A stretch of 64,000 bases of DNA from Escherichia phage CMS-2020a, in sequence record CP053388.1, one strand, 5' to 3'. A program made the translations under genes and the position numbers. Of this stretch, positions 18,839 to 27,948 are shown piece after piece. The notes beneath the pieces are model-generated. The model was not told the DNA's origin. It searched no databases and saw only the letters and a list, made by a program, of their open reading frames with translations. Every line of letters begins with the position of its first letter. Position 1 is the stretch's first letter.

Positions 18839-18933
18839 AAAACCTCTTAACTGCTCAATGGCTCGTAACTAAGTGTACGCTGTGCTGATGAAAGCTACAA
18901 ATAATAAATGGCCCCAAAAGGAGCCGTATTGTA

Positions 18934-19179
18934 TTACAGAGTGCTCGCAAAAGCAGCAAATTCTGTGTATCCGCCAATCGGCTGGCCATCGATCAGCACC
19001 TGGGGGATCGTCTCTACCGGTTTACCAACAATTTCGCTAAGTTTTTCCTTCTCGATACCGGCAGTGGTGATGTCGATGTACTCATAATCACCGTAGCCAT
19101 GTCCCTTTAGTTGCTTCGCCAGCTCGACCGCACGTTTGCAGTATGAGCAGTTATCTCGTCCGTAGATAGTGATCGTCAT
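18934..19179 (-). CDS. glutaredoxin / NrdH-like redoxin
   Basis: CSYC active-site motif near N-terminus, 81 aa thioredoxin-fold length. Confidence 0.8.
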   Translation of the reverse strand: MTITIYGRDNCSYCKRAVELAKQLKGHGYGDYEYIDITTAGIEKEKLSEIVGKPVETIPQVLIDGQPIGGYTEFAAFASTL

Positions 19180-19352
19180 AACTTAACAGATGCCTTTATA
19201 AATATTGATTCGAACATATCAGACTATACTACAAACAGATTTTTTTGATAAGTATGTAGTAACTTATTGATTGACTAGTAAGCAATTGAAGTGATTACGA
19301 CAATAGATTAGAGTAAGGATTGCCTTGAAATGTACATTTTATAGAGGTTTTA

Positions 19353-20261
19353 ATGATTGGTAAGTTGTCTGATTCTTTGATTGAAAATAAATACAACGAA
19401 TTTAGAGAAGAAATATCTTTACTTTTTGACTATTTAAATCAGATAAATGATACAACAAAGAAAAATATAAAACGTCTTCTTAAAGAAGTGGAGTATGCAC
19501 AGAATCCAGATACTATTATTAATATTAATGAAACTATTAAGATTAAGTGTGGCACAACGTTAGCTCGCCATTTATGTTCAAACCCATATACAGGTTCAAC
19601 ATTAGAGATAGGTAACAGCGCCATTGATTTAGAAGAAAAGATAAGATTGTGTAATACTTTGAAAAATAAACAATATCAGTGGGTTATTACTGAAGCCTAT
19701 GAGTTACTGGAAGACTATATTGAGGCAATATATGTCTATACTGTATGTGTTCGAAATGATTTATGGTCCTCAAGTGATTTTGGTAAGGTTGAAGATGATG
19801 AAATTGGGAAAAGGGAAGTTTATTACAGATTATTAAAAGCAAAAAGTAACCCATCGAAAAAAATAACTAAAATTTTCAGAAATAAAATACCTGGTTTCAA
19901 AGAGATAGAAACAAACAACAAGATTGGCAAAAACTATCGCTTTAACATCAAGCTAATTGAACTACTAAGACATACAATAGTACACAATAGTGGACGATTC
20001 AATGATACAGAAAAATTTATAAATAAGGTTTTAGATGAATCTGAAATAAACGGTAAGAAAAGAGTTATTGGAGAAAGAGCTGTTAGAAGTTACATTACTA
20101 AAGTGCAAGAAGATGATATTGTGATGCTCTTAGAAAGACCATCTGAAATTTTAGGTTCTTTTGGTGGGTATTTTAACAGAGCAAAATTTTTACTAAGTGA
20201 TATTTTAGAATACTCACTAATCATTAAAGAAGAACTAAAATCATATCTAGGCAATCATTAA
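19353..20261 (+). CDS. AT-rich foreign gene; HEPN-motif protein, possible Abi-like abortive-infection/defence protein
   Basis: GC content visibly far below neighbours; own AT-rich upstream region and terminator; RHTIVH fits Rx4-6H HEPN motif. Confidence 0.5.
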   Translation: MIGKLSDSLIENKYNEFREEISLLFDYLNQINDTTKKNIKRLLKEVEYAQNPDTIININETIKIKCGTTLARHLCSNPYTGSTLEIGNSAIDLEEKIRLCNTLKNKQYQWVITEAYELLEDYIEAIYVYTVCVRNDLWSSSDFGKVEDDEIGKREVYYRLLKAKSNPSKKITKIFRNKIPGFKEIETNNKIGKNYRFNIKLIELLRHTIVHNSGRFNDTEKFINKVLDESEINGKKRVIGERAVRSYITKVQEDDIVMLLERPSEILGSFGGYFNRAKFLLSDILEYSLIIKEELKSYLGNH

Positions 20262-20265
20262 CAAA

Positions 20266-20287
20266 AAAGGGGCCGAAGCCCCTTTGA
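20266..20287 (+). terminator. intrinsic terminator AAAGGGGC-CGAA-GCCCCTTT plus T-run
   Basis: GC stem-loop and T tract 5 bp after stop of 19353..20261. Confidence 0.7.
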
Positions 20288-20439
20288 ATTTTGCGCTGAA
20301 AAAAGTGTTGCTAGGATGTTAGCAAGCTATGGTTAAGAACGTCTGCCGTAATTGTCTATCACAGCGTTGAGCGGTCTGGTTTATGTTAGCGGAGTCTTAA
20401 TCTGGTTGATTAAAAGGCCAAACCGCTCAACGCTGTGTC

Positions 20440-20526
20440 TGGCGGAGAGTAATGGAATCGAACCATCATCGCTTGCGCAATGGGACGGTTTTCAAGACCG
20501 CTTGAGCACCATGCTCCCTACTCTCC
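20440..20526 (-). tRNA. tRNA-Ser (anticodon TGA), type II with long variable arm
   Basis: hand-folded: acceptor GGAGAGT/ACTCTCC, anticodon loop CTTGAAA, T-loop TTCGATT, encoded CCA; D-arm somewhat atypical. Confidence 0.55.
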
Positions 20527-20750
20527 GGCCGTTGTGGTGGCCGGTACTGAATCTCCGGCATACGGTGCAGCCAATTAGGACTACGGACGATCACCGCTCG
20601 CGAAAGGGAAGATTTGCGGCCGCATTTCCCTAACACCCAAGAAAGCTATCGCATCAGTCTGCGAATCCACCACAACGGTAAGATCACTACCTTTCGACCA
20701 GTCATTGTGCACATGAACGACGATTAACCGTAATGATCTTATCGTTGTAT

Positions 20751-20826
20751 TGGTGCCGGTTAACGGACTCGAACCGCTGACATCCTGCTTACAAGGCAGG
20801 CGCTCTACCAACTGAGCTAAACCGGC
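20751..20826 (-). tRNA. tRNA-Thr (anticodon TGT)
   Basis: hand-folded cloverleaf: acceptor GCCGGTT/AACCGGC, D-stem GCTC/GAGC, anticodon loop CTTGTAA, T-loop TTCGAGT, CCA encoded. Confidence 0.8.
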
Positions 20827-20830
20827 AATT

Positions 20831-20917
20831 TGGTGGGGAGTGATGGAGTCGAACCACCCGAGTCGCCATGACAGTAGATTTACAGTCTACACCGCTACCT
20901 CTACGGACTAACTCCCC
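20831..20917 (-). tRNA. tRNA-Tyr (anticodon GTA), type II
   Basis: acceptor GGGGAGT/ACTCCCC, anticodon stem-loop GTAGA-CTGTAAA-TCTAC, long variable arm, T-loop TTCGACT, CCA encoded. Confidence 0.7.
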
Positions 20918-20922
20918 TAAAT

Positions 20923-20997
20923 TGGCGATGGTGGGTGGATTCGAACCACCGACCAGTTGGTTAACAGCCAACTGCTCTACCGCTGAGCTACACCATC
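20923..20997 (-). tRNA. tRNA-Asn (anticodon GTT)
   Basis: clean cloverleaf: acceptor GATGGTG/CACCATC, D-stem GCTC/GAGC, anticodon loop CTGTTAA, T-arm GGTGG-TTCGAAT-CCACC, CCA encoded. Confidence 0.85.
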
Positions 20998-21775
20998 AAT
21001 TCGGCACTGCCAGTATTTATTACTCAACAGTGCCAATCGCGACGGTTTAGTTTCTGCCAGGAAACGCACCGCTACTTGCACTTTTCGTTAGTGCCAGACG
21101 CTTTCGACTTCGCTCAATAGTAGAAGGCAAAATCTTTAAGTAGATGATGTTTCTGAGGACAGCACCTACTTTGTTATTTATACAATGTAATGTATGGAAT
21201 CATTTGTTGTGAAAACAGGCACCAATGGCAACAGTGGTTAAACCTACACAACAATCCTGTCTTCACAACGTTGAGGCCACTACTCCGATTGAATGTTTGC
21301 CCAACATGTTACATATCAACGCTCGCCGGTATCTCTGTGAATAGAACCTTAGAATTGATAAAAATGTAATGGCCTCAACGTTGTGTGCTGGCTAACCATA
21401 CCAGCCGGGCTACGTCGCCGCTTTTTAACCCAGTATAAACGACATAATTGAACAAAATGACGTAACAGGATGGGCGGTCAGTGGCTAAGAATCCGGGAGT
21501 CATATGGAGTTGAAAATATACCGACCGCCCATTCTGTTACTTCATCGGAGGGAACACTCATGTTCCCTCCTGCGTTCTGCAATCACACTCGCTCAGTGTG
21601 TCCCATTTCGGTAACGAGGCTGGAAACTGACCTCGCTGGTGTTTGGCTTATTAGGCTACTGCCAGATAGACTTCTTCGTTTGCACTTGTATTTAAGTTCA
21701 AACAGTCGCGTCTCAACGAAAACAAAGTCATCTTATACATAAAAGATAAGTAAGTAAATACTTATCTTTGTGTTT

Positions 21776-22066
21776 TTATTCGGTTGTGGCTTTTTTGATC
21801 AAGGCCACTCTACGACTAGGTGTTCTTGTGATGGTGGCAGTGAACCGTTTCGCTTGGATAGTAATGGTTTCGTTCTCCTTAAGTTGCCCGTAGCGAGTTT
21901 CCACCAGGGTGCCAAGACGCCACAGACCATCATCGATACGTTTATGACTGGCAAATTTAATCAGCAGCAGTTTTACGACTAACTGACCTACGTAAAAGGC
22001 GAATGCGACTCCGGCCGCTAAGAAATAGGTGGCCAACCACCATTCCCAAGAAGTTAAATTGCTCAT
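21776..22066 (-). CDS. membrane protein (96 aa)
   Basis: N-terminal transmembrane segment; start overlaps stop of upstream small ORF. Confidence 0.45.
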   Translation of the reverse strand: MSNLTSWEWWLATYFLAAGVAFAFYVGQLVVKLLLIKFASHKRIDDGLWRLGTLVETRYGQLKENETITIQAKRFTATITRTPSRRVALIKKATTE

Positions 22067-22215
22067 TTTATAACCTTTGTTTCATGAACTACCCGATACA
22101 CGCGCTTTCCGATGCACAGTGTTTTGCTTTTAAGTTCCTGCTTAATTAAATCACGACAGATGCCGAAGCCGATAAGGAAGCCACCCATAAAAGCTAATGA
22201 GATGTATGGAATCAT
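22063..22215 (-). CDS. small membrane protein (50 aa), not in supplied ORF track
   Basis: hand-translated MIPYISLAFMGGFLIGFGICRDLIK...; ATGA overlaps with both neighbours. Confidence 0.3.
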   Translation of the reverse strand: MIPYISLAFMGGFLIGFGICRDLIKQELKSKTLCIGKRVYRVVHETKVIK

Positions 22216-22427
22216 TTTAACACTCCTGATTCTACTAATTGCTGTAGCAATACTTTCCCTTTATCAGTTAACTGGTAGTTGGCCGAGCACCACGTTTCAG
22301 AAACGTTTGCAACCAACCCTAACCGCTCTAACTTAGCTCGCGTTTTAGGCTTCCAGTACTCAGGGAACTCCGGCCACTTACTGATTTCATGAAGCGTTTC
22401 CTTCTCCCGCTTACTTAATACGATCAT
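22212..22427 (-). CDS. hypothetical protein (71 aa)
   Basis: ORF translationally coupled in chain of small genes. Confidence 0.4.
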   Translation of the reverse strand: MIVLSKREKETLHEISKWPEFPEYWKPKTRAKLERLGLVANVSETWCSANYQLTDKGKVLLQQLVESGVLK

Positions 22428-22590
22428 CCTTAATCTCCTTCACGGTGTTGGTTATTTCTACAATGCGATAAATACGACCGCGTCTTTCTATAACACCGCT
22501 TTTAATGTAGTCATTGATGCAACTGGACATCACCACAATACCTATGAAAAAACCAACTGCTAAAAATGCAATCATCCAGCCGAGCATCAT
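22411..22590 (-). CDS. small membrane protein (59 aa), not in supplied ORF track
   Basis: hand-translated MMLGWMIAFLAVGFFIGIVVM...; start ATG overlaps ligase stop (ATGA). Confidence 0.3.
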   Translation of the reverse strand: MMLGWMIAFLAVGFFIGIVVMSSCINDYIKSGVIERRGRIYRIVEITNTVKEIKDDRIK

Positions 22591-23909
22591 TCTTTATCTC
22601 CGATTCGATCTTCTGTATCGCGTAAGCAACGCGGCCATTTCAGTCGTGGGTGGCGTAAGCTGCCGTCCGGTGTTTTCTCGTGACAATGAACCTCGACAAT
22701 ACGACCACGGTACTTCTCTTTGTTGTTCCAGATCTCATCCAGATATTTATGCTTAATGCCGCTCGCACGAACGATGACGCCGTTTTCAAGACGAATAACA
22801 ATTTTTCCAAGCGTGTTGGCAAAACCAGAGTCCGGATCGCCCGGCTCAAAATCGATAATTTCACCATCTTCTGAATCTTCGTCTTTTAACTTCCACCAGC
22901 TGCGGGTACGTTTAAACTCGTAAACAGAGTTCGGATCTTTGCCCATCTCCCCTTCTTCGTTATCGTCCAGGCGTTTCATGAAGCGTTCGATGAAGTCTTC
23001 GTGGCTATGGATGATATAGAACGGATGCAGGTGAATGTCTTGTGTGTAGCCTTCACTGCGATCGTTTTTGAACAACGCCACCAGCATAGCCAGGCGCTCT
23101 TTCAGCTTCATACCTGTCTTTGCATACTCTTTGGATTTAGCCTGTGCTCGCCATTCCGGTAGGAAGAAGTCGAAAACATGATAAATAGCGCCAATTGCCT
23201 GCACGTTCTTTTTGCGCAATGCAGATACGGACTGGTTAAATGAACCGGCAGTTCCTTCACCATCGAAGAAGATGTGTTTGTGGCCTGAAAGTTTGCCTAA
23301 TTCGAGCATGGCTGGCTTTAGGTGATCGAGAGACGTGATTGGATTACCAGTACGAGAAAGGAAGTTAACCTCTTCCTCGTCAACAATAACCTCGCAAATT
23401 ACTCGCAAACCATCGAGCTTAAGACTGCCAATCATCGGCCATTTTGCTTTAGGATTTGGCTTGAAGGGGTATTTGTCGCCCTTTTCTTTATACGGTGACG
23501 CCAGCTGCACCTCGAATTTCGGAATGGAATTTTCAAAAACCTTGTTGCATAGGCTAATCCCAACGCCAGCTTTCGGGTCTTTTAAGAGGAAACGACGGAA
23601 CACGTCCTGCCCATCGGCGCACATTGACGCCACGATAGACTCAACAGCTGCTATTGCTGCGTTCCCCGTTAGCTCGCGAGAGGCCAGCTTATTCAGTACA
23701 TCAATGGCTTTTTCGTCACTTGGGATGGACTCACTAAGCGGCTCTGCCACTTTGTATTTCTTTACCCCAAAACGGATGAAAGGGTTGAGCATCAATGAAA
23801 CCATGCTTTGTTCAAAGTCATCCATGTTGGCCAATGCCTCTTTTTTTGCATTGGTTCCCATAGCTTTCATTTCGTCCAGCTTATGCTTAAGTGCGATCAA
23901 CTTTTTCAT
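22587..23909 (-). CDS. ATP-dependent DNA ligase
   Basis: adenylation motif I KLDGLR (KxDG) and motif FDGE. Confidence 0.8.
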   Translation of the reverse strand: MKKLIALKHKLDEMKAMGTNAKKEALANMDDFEQSMVSLMLNPFIRFGVKKYKVAEPLSESIPSDEKAIDVLNKLASRELTGNAAIAAVESIVASMCADGQDVFRRFLLKDPKAGVGISLCNKVFENSIPKFEVQLASPYKEKGDKYPFKPNPKAKWPMIGSLKLDGLRVICEVIVDEEEVNFLSRTGNPITSLDHLKPAMLELGKLSGHKHIFFDGEGTAGSFNQSVSALRKKNVQAIGAIYHVFDFFLPEWRAQAKSKEYAKTGMKLKERLAMLVALFKNDRSEGYTQDIHLHPFYIIHSHEDFIERFMKRLDDNEEGEMGKDPNSVYEFKRTRSWWKLKDEDSEDGEIIDFEPGDPDSGFANTLGKIVIRLENGVIVRASGIKHKYLDEIWNNKEKYRGRIVEVHCHEKTPDGSLRHPRLKWPRCLRDTEDRIGDKE

Positions 23910-24388
23910 TGTTGTTTTACCTCCATATGTTGATCGATTTGCTCATGTGTTTCTTTTGTTGTTTCTTCAAGCAACGCCGCATACACGTCAGTGATCGCTG
24001 TTTGTGATGTGGTGCTCTTCTTAACCATGCTATTAATCGTTACACTGTCACGTTTTCGTTTTAAAGTTCTGGCTTGTTTATTCCGTTCTTCAACCTCCTT
24101 AATGAGCGCGGTCATATCTTCGAAATACAGAGATTCTCCTTTACGAATCTCTTCAACCATCATTTTTAACGCCTTGCATTTGCCTGCTTTGATAGCGGTT
24201 GCGCACGACTGGAATGAAGTTCGAGGAAGACGGTTTTCTTTGAAGGCAAGAATGGTGTGCTGGCAAACGGAGTAGCTGCAATATGCCGACTCACCGTTTA
24301 TCTTTACTTCCTCACAACGAAGTGAATAACCATTATTTCCTGAAATAGAGGGGATTTTTGACAAATCAGCTTTCACAATTACCGCCAA
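23906..24388 (-). CDS. hypothetical Cys-rich protein (160 aa)
   Basis: ORF overlapping ligase start; several Cys in N-terminal half. Confidence 0.4.
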   Translation of the reverse strand: MAVIVKADLSKIPSISGNNGYSLRCEEVKINGESAYCSYSVCQHTILAFKENRLPRTSFQSCATAIKAGKCKALKMMVEEIRKGESLYFEDMTALIKEVEERNKQARTLKRKRDSVTINSMVKKSTTSQTAITDVYAALLEETTKETHEQIDQHMEVKQQ

Positions 24389-24443
24389 AAATAATCTTGT
24401 GCTTACCTATCATTATTTGCGTAAAAAACGACACACTGAGAGC

Positions 24444-25226
24444 TTACCAACTTCCCCAGCTAATCATCTTGCGCTGATCGCTTTCTAAGCGATAGGGGAC
24501 AAGAAGCTCTGTGACATGATTGGTGGCGTATGATTTAGCCTCTTGCTCTATCATCGGTAATTCGTTAGCAATCCTGACCATCTTCCCAGCAAACTCCGCC
24601 ATTACGCCATCACATGCCTTCCCAGCATCAATAACGATATGCACCAGATCCAACTGGCTTTTGCACATGTCGCAAAGAGACGCATACTCACTCTCTCTGA
24701 TTACATTTACGGCATCATTAGCCCCTTTATTAAGCAAGACTTCCAACAGGTTTGTCGGGGTAACGAAATCGGCTTTAAGTGACAATGTTCTCTCACCTTT
24801 TATCGACCGTAAGTACTCTTCGTAGTTTTGCTTGTCTTCCAGCAAAAATAAGCTATGCATAGTTAGAAGTGATTCTTGAATAGCCTCTTCAATAATACTG
24901 TCATTTGACGCACAAAAAACGGTATTTGTGTAGATCACTTTGCCATCCATCCATGCCCCAACCTGCACTTTAAGACTAATCGGGTTTTCTTTGCTAATAA
25001 AAACAACTAATGCAGAACGCCGTGCACAAGAAGGTTCACCCCATACGTGTAACTTAACCTTCAGATAAGGTAGCCCCGGTAGCGGGATCTCGACCAAACG
25101 AGTGGCGATATGATCCATTGCTGTTTTTACGGCTTTTTCAATGATGTCTAGCCGATTGCTCTCGCTGATTTCTAAACCAGTTTTATCAATGATGTCGCAG
25201 GCTAATTTCTGAATTTCGTCTTTCAT
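24444..25226 (-). CDS. hypothetical protein (260 aa)
   Basis: ORF in replication module, no motif recognised. Confidence 0.45.
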   Translation of the reverse strand: MKDEIQKLACDIIDKTGLEISESNRLDIIEKAVKTAMDHIATRLVEIPLPGLPYLKVKLHVWGEPSCARRSALVVFISKENPISLKVQVGAWMDGKVIYTNTVFCASNDSIIEEAIQESLLTMHSLFLLEDKQNYEEYLRSIKGERTLSLKADFVTPTNLLEVLLNKGANDAVNVIRESEYASLCDMCKSQLDLVHIVIDAGKACDGVMAEFAGKMVRIANELPMIEQEAKSYATNHVTELLVPYRLESDQRKMISWGSW

Positions 25227-25301
25227 ACCAACTCCTAGCTAACAGATGAAAGTATTCTCACAGAAAGATAAGTAATCATCTACTTATTTTGAAGGTGATT
25301 G

Positions 25302-26555
25302 TTATGATAGAGCCTTAATGCCCAAAACCTTGCTTTGCAACTCCAACTGCTTGGTATACGGTTTTGCCCGATAATAGGCTTTGATGATTTGCTCTGGCGT
25401 TGCATCGCCCGGGTCGAGTCCTTCCTCACCCAAACACGCAACTTTGACATTAAAACCGATACTGGTCAGTCGCCTGGCTGCGGCCATCGTGTTGCGTATA
25501 GCTTGCTTTTCACTATCCCACATCATGATCACATTACGTAACCCACGCGCCTTGAGCGTCAGGAACGCGCCTAACTGATCTTCTGCATCCTGAGTGGTGT
25601 TACCAGATAGATGCATCCCGAACGTTCCTATTGGTTCCACGTAATCACGTAATGTTTCTTCGTCAAAAATAGCTCGTTTAACCCCCATAACATCGAACGC
25701 CCCCTCACAGACAACTACAGTCTGTTTGCCGACTGCATTATGGCCGTTGTAGAGAAACTTACCTGAAGCTGGAAGTTGCATAGGAAAGAGGTAGCGGCGT
25801 TCTGCTGTACCGGTAATGTCTCGTCCCTGAAATGTCTTCATTACCCCATCCAGATCGTAAACCGGTATCAGTATTCGCATATCGAATATCTGTCCTTTAA
25901 CCTGATCTGTATACGGATCTACATAGGCGTGCTTGCCTTCGACGCAGTATCGTAGGTCAAAATACTTTGCCATTTCAGGCGATATGTTTCGTTCAACCAG
26001 ATAGTCTGGAAGACGGCCATCTATAGGAAGCTCGTAATGACGAGGGAGTGCAACTGGCCCCTCTAACTCGACTGTGCTTGCAAGCACTAGCTCTTCTTTC
26101 TTTGGTGCCCACCCCTGGGAAAGAAGGGCGTTCTGCACATATTCCTCGAACTGTCGTCGTGATTTGCCGCTGTAGTGCTTGAGGAAGACCAGCTTATTGA
26201 ACTGAATCTCTTCGGGATGATCACCAGCGAAGCATTTACCGACGCCACTGGTCAGATTGAAATATACCTTCCAGTTGGAGCTGCCGCATACCGGACACTC
26301 CTTGATATTCACTTCACGACCGCGAGTACTCACGCCTCCACGTCGATAAACGATACCTTCAGTATCCAACCATTGTTCAAAATCTAATTCGGTAATTAGC
26401 TCTTTCAGCTCGCTCACGATAATTCCACTTTTAACAGGCAATATTGTGACCAACCTAAATGTTGATATAACATAAAGGCTCATGTGTTTTTCTTTTGTGG
26501 TTTGGCAAAAGAAAAGTTGTTTCACCAATGAATCAAGCGTGGAGGTGTTCTCCAC
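25302..26555 (-). CDS. DNA primase (DnaG-like, zinc-ribbon plus TOPRIM)
   Basis: zinc-binding CPVCGSS and downstream Cys, acidic TOPRIM-like segment; start may lie at an internal Met. Confidence 0.75.
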   Translation of the reverse strand: MENTSTLDSLVKQLFFCQTTKEKHMSLYVISTFRLVTILPVKSGIIVSELKELITELDFEQWLDTEGIVYRRGGVSTRGREVNIKECPVCGSSNWKVYFNLTSGVGKCFAGDHPEEIQFNKLVFLKHYSGKSRRQFEEYVQNALLSQGWAPKKEELVLASTVELEGPVALPRHYELPIDGRLPDYLVERNISPEMAKYFDLRYCVEGKHAYVDPYTDQVKGQIFDMRILIPVYDLDGVMKTFQGRDITGTAERRYLFPMQLPASGKFLYNGHNAVGKQTVVVCEGAFDVMGVKRAIFDEETLRDYVEPIGTFGMHLSGNTTQDAEDQLGAFLTLKARGLRNVIMMWDSEKQAIRNTMAAARRLTSIGFNVKVACLGEEGLDPGDATPEQIIKAYYRAKPYTKQLELQSKVLGIKALS

Positions 26556-26564
26556 GCTTATTTT

Positions 26565-27905
26565 TTAGGTAACGTCTAAGATTCGCTCAATGAAGCGCAT
26601 TTGTTCGAGGTTTTGTTTAACGCGAATGCTGATCCCTCCCTGCTGGTTACGTGAACCGGCAAAGTAGAGACGAGCCTCTCCTTTCGCTTCTTCTTCTTCT
26701 GTTTTGTTGATCGTTATTACCAGGTCAGCAATACGTACTTTTTCGATGTTGTCGGCAGCGTGCATCATTGTGGCAACTTCTGACGCGCCACCTTCACGGT
26801 TTGTTTGCGATGCTGTGATACCAGCAACGTTGTGTTTGTCATAAAGAGCACGTAAGTCGGTATAGATACTACGTATGTTGGCGCGATCATCACGAAGGTC
26901 ATAACTGGCACGCATCAAATCTGCATAGTCGACAACAACCATGTCAGGCACCATGCCATTGGCTTTCATGCTGTTAAGCATACGATCCAGATCTGCCGGT
27001 GACATACTTCCTGACGGACGCTCAACAACCCACAAACTACCAATCCCCTTCGTGGCTCCCAACTCTGCCAACTTACGATGAACCTCATCGCGCCGTTCCA
27101 CCAGCTTGGACATTTCTGTCTCCGACAATCTTGCATCAAAACGGTCGGATAAAATGGTGGTGTGAACCTCCAGCGAGAGATACAGAACATTGTAGCCAGC
27201 AAGTGTTGCGTTTATGGAAAACTCACCCATTGCGGTCGATTTACCGGATTTAGCGAACCCCATGAAGAGCACCATTTCACGCTTCGCCCAGCCTTTTTGG
27301 TACAGCAACCTATCGAGCAGAGGGAGTCCAGTTGTAATGCTGTTTGGCACATACTCCTCTGAAGCCTCATATTCACGCGCCTTCAATCGCTCACTTGCGG
27401 AGGTGTAGTAGTCATAGATTCCGGTCGCTTCGTTCGATCCAATCTGCTGAACCTTGGCCATGATTGCCATCGCCCCCTGAAAGTCGCCCTTCTCTTTCAG
27501 TTCAGCAGCCTTAATCAGAGCATCATCAAACGCTACGCTTTTTGCGAAGGTTGATACCTGGTCAACCATGTACGAGGTATCGGACAATTTTTCTGCAAGG
27601 ATGCGCTTAAACGCAGCAACAACATCGGCGAATAGTTCCTCACGGATAGTCTTATCGCGTTTCGCACGCTTAAGCATATCCAGAATTGCAGATGAAGAGG
27701 GCGCGCTCTTGTACATACGGTAATAGCCCGAAACCATATTAACCAATATGGCATTGGCCGCATTGGCAAATTGGCTAGGTACAACCAGATCTCCAGCACG
27801 AGTAAGAAACTCGTGATCACGACAAAAATAGGCCGTCAATCTGTTCTGAAAATCTTCATCAAACTCTTCGGACAGCCCGCGTCCTGTATGGCAAAGTTCG
27901 GTCAT
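26565..27905 (-). CDS. replicative DNA helicase (DnaB-like)
   Basis: Walker A GFAKSGKST, Walker B VVVDYADL, RecA-like C-terminal domain. Confidence 0.8.
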   Translation of the reverse strand: MTELCHTGRGLSEEFDEDFQNRLTAYFCRDHEFLTRAGDLVVPSQFANAANAILVNMVSGYYRMYKSAPSSSAILDMLKRAKRDKTIREELFADVVAAFKRILAEKLSDTSYMVDQVSTFAKSVAFDDALIKAAELKEKGDFQGAMAIMAKVQQIGSNEATGIYDYYTSASERLKAREYEASEEYVPNSITTGLPLLDRLLYQKGWAKREMVLFMGFAKSGKSTAMGEFSINATLAGYNVLYLSLEVHTTILSDRFDARLSETEMSKLVERRDEVHRKLAELGATKGIGSLWVVERPSGSMSPADLDRMLNSMKANGMVPDMVVVDYADLMRASYDLRDDRANIRSIYTDLRALYDKHNVAGITASQTNREGGASEVATMMHAADNIEKVRIADLVITINKTEEEEAKGEARLYFAGSRNQQGGISIRVKQNLEQMRFIERILDVT

Positions 27906-27948
27906 GTGCTTTCCTTTGTTTTTTAAACAAATTGTTTTCTAGTATTAG

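Noticed and set aside
20527-20750. Possible fifth tRNA between tRNA-Ser and tRNA-Thr
   Set aside because: Contains tRNA-like fragments (CCGG stems, CCACCA) but no acceptor-stem complement or canonical T-loop; may be a degenerate tRNA or spacer.
20352-21050. Several 60-93 aa ORFs on both strands across the tRNA region
   Set aside because: They overlap hand-folded tRNA genes and hairpins and have no RBS or coding-like composition.
21470-21742. 90-aa + strand ORF in the noncoding region
   Set aside because: Spans multiple perfect hairpins, has no RBS and an odd composition; more likely structured noncoding DNA/RNA.
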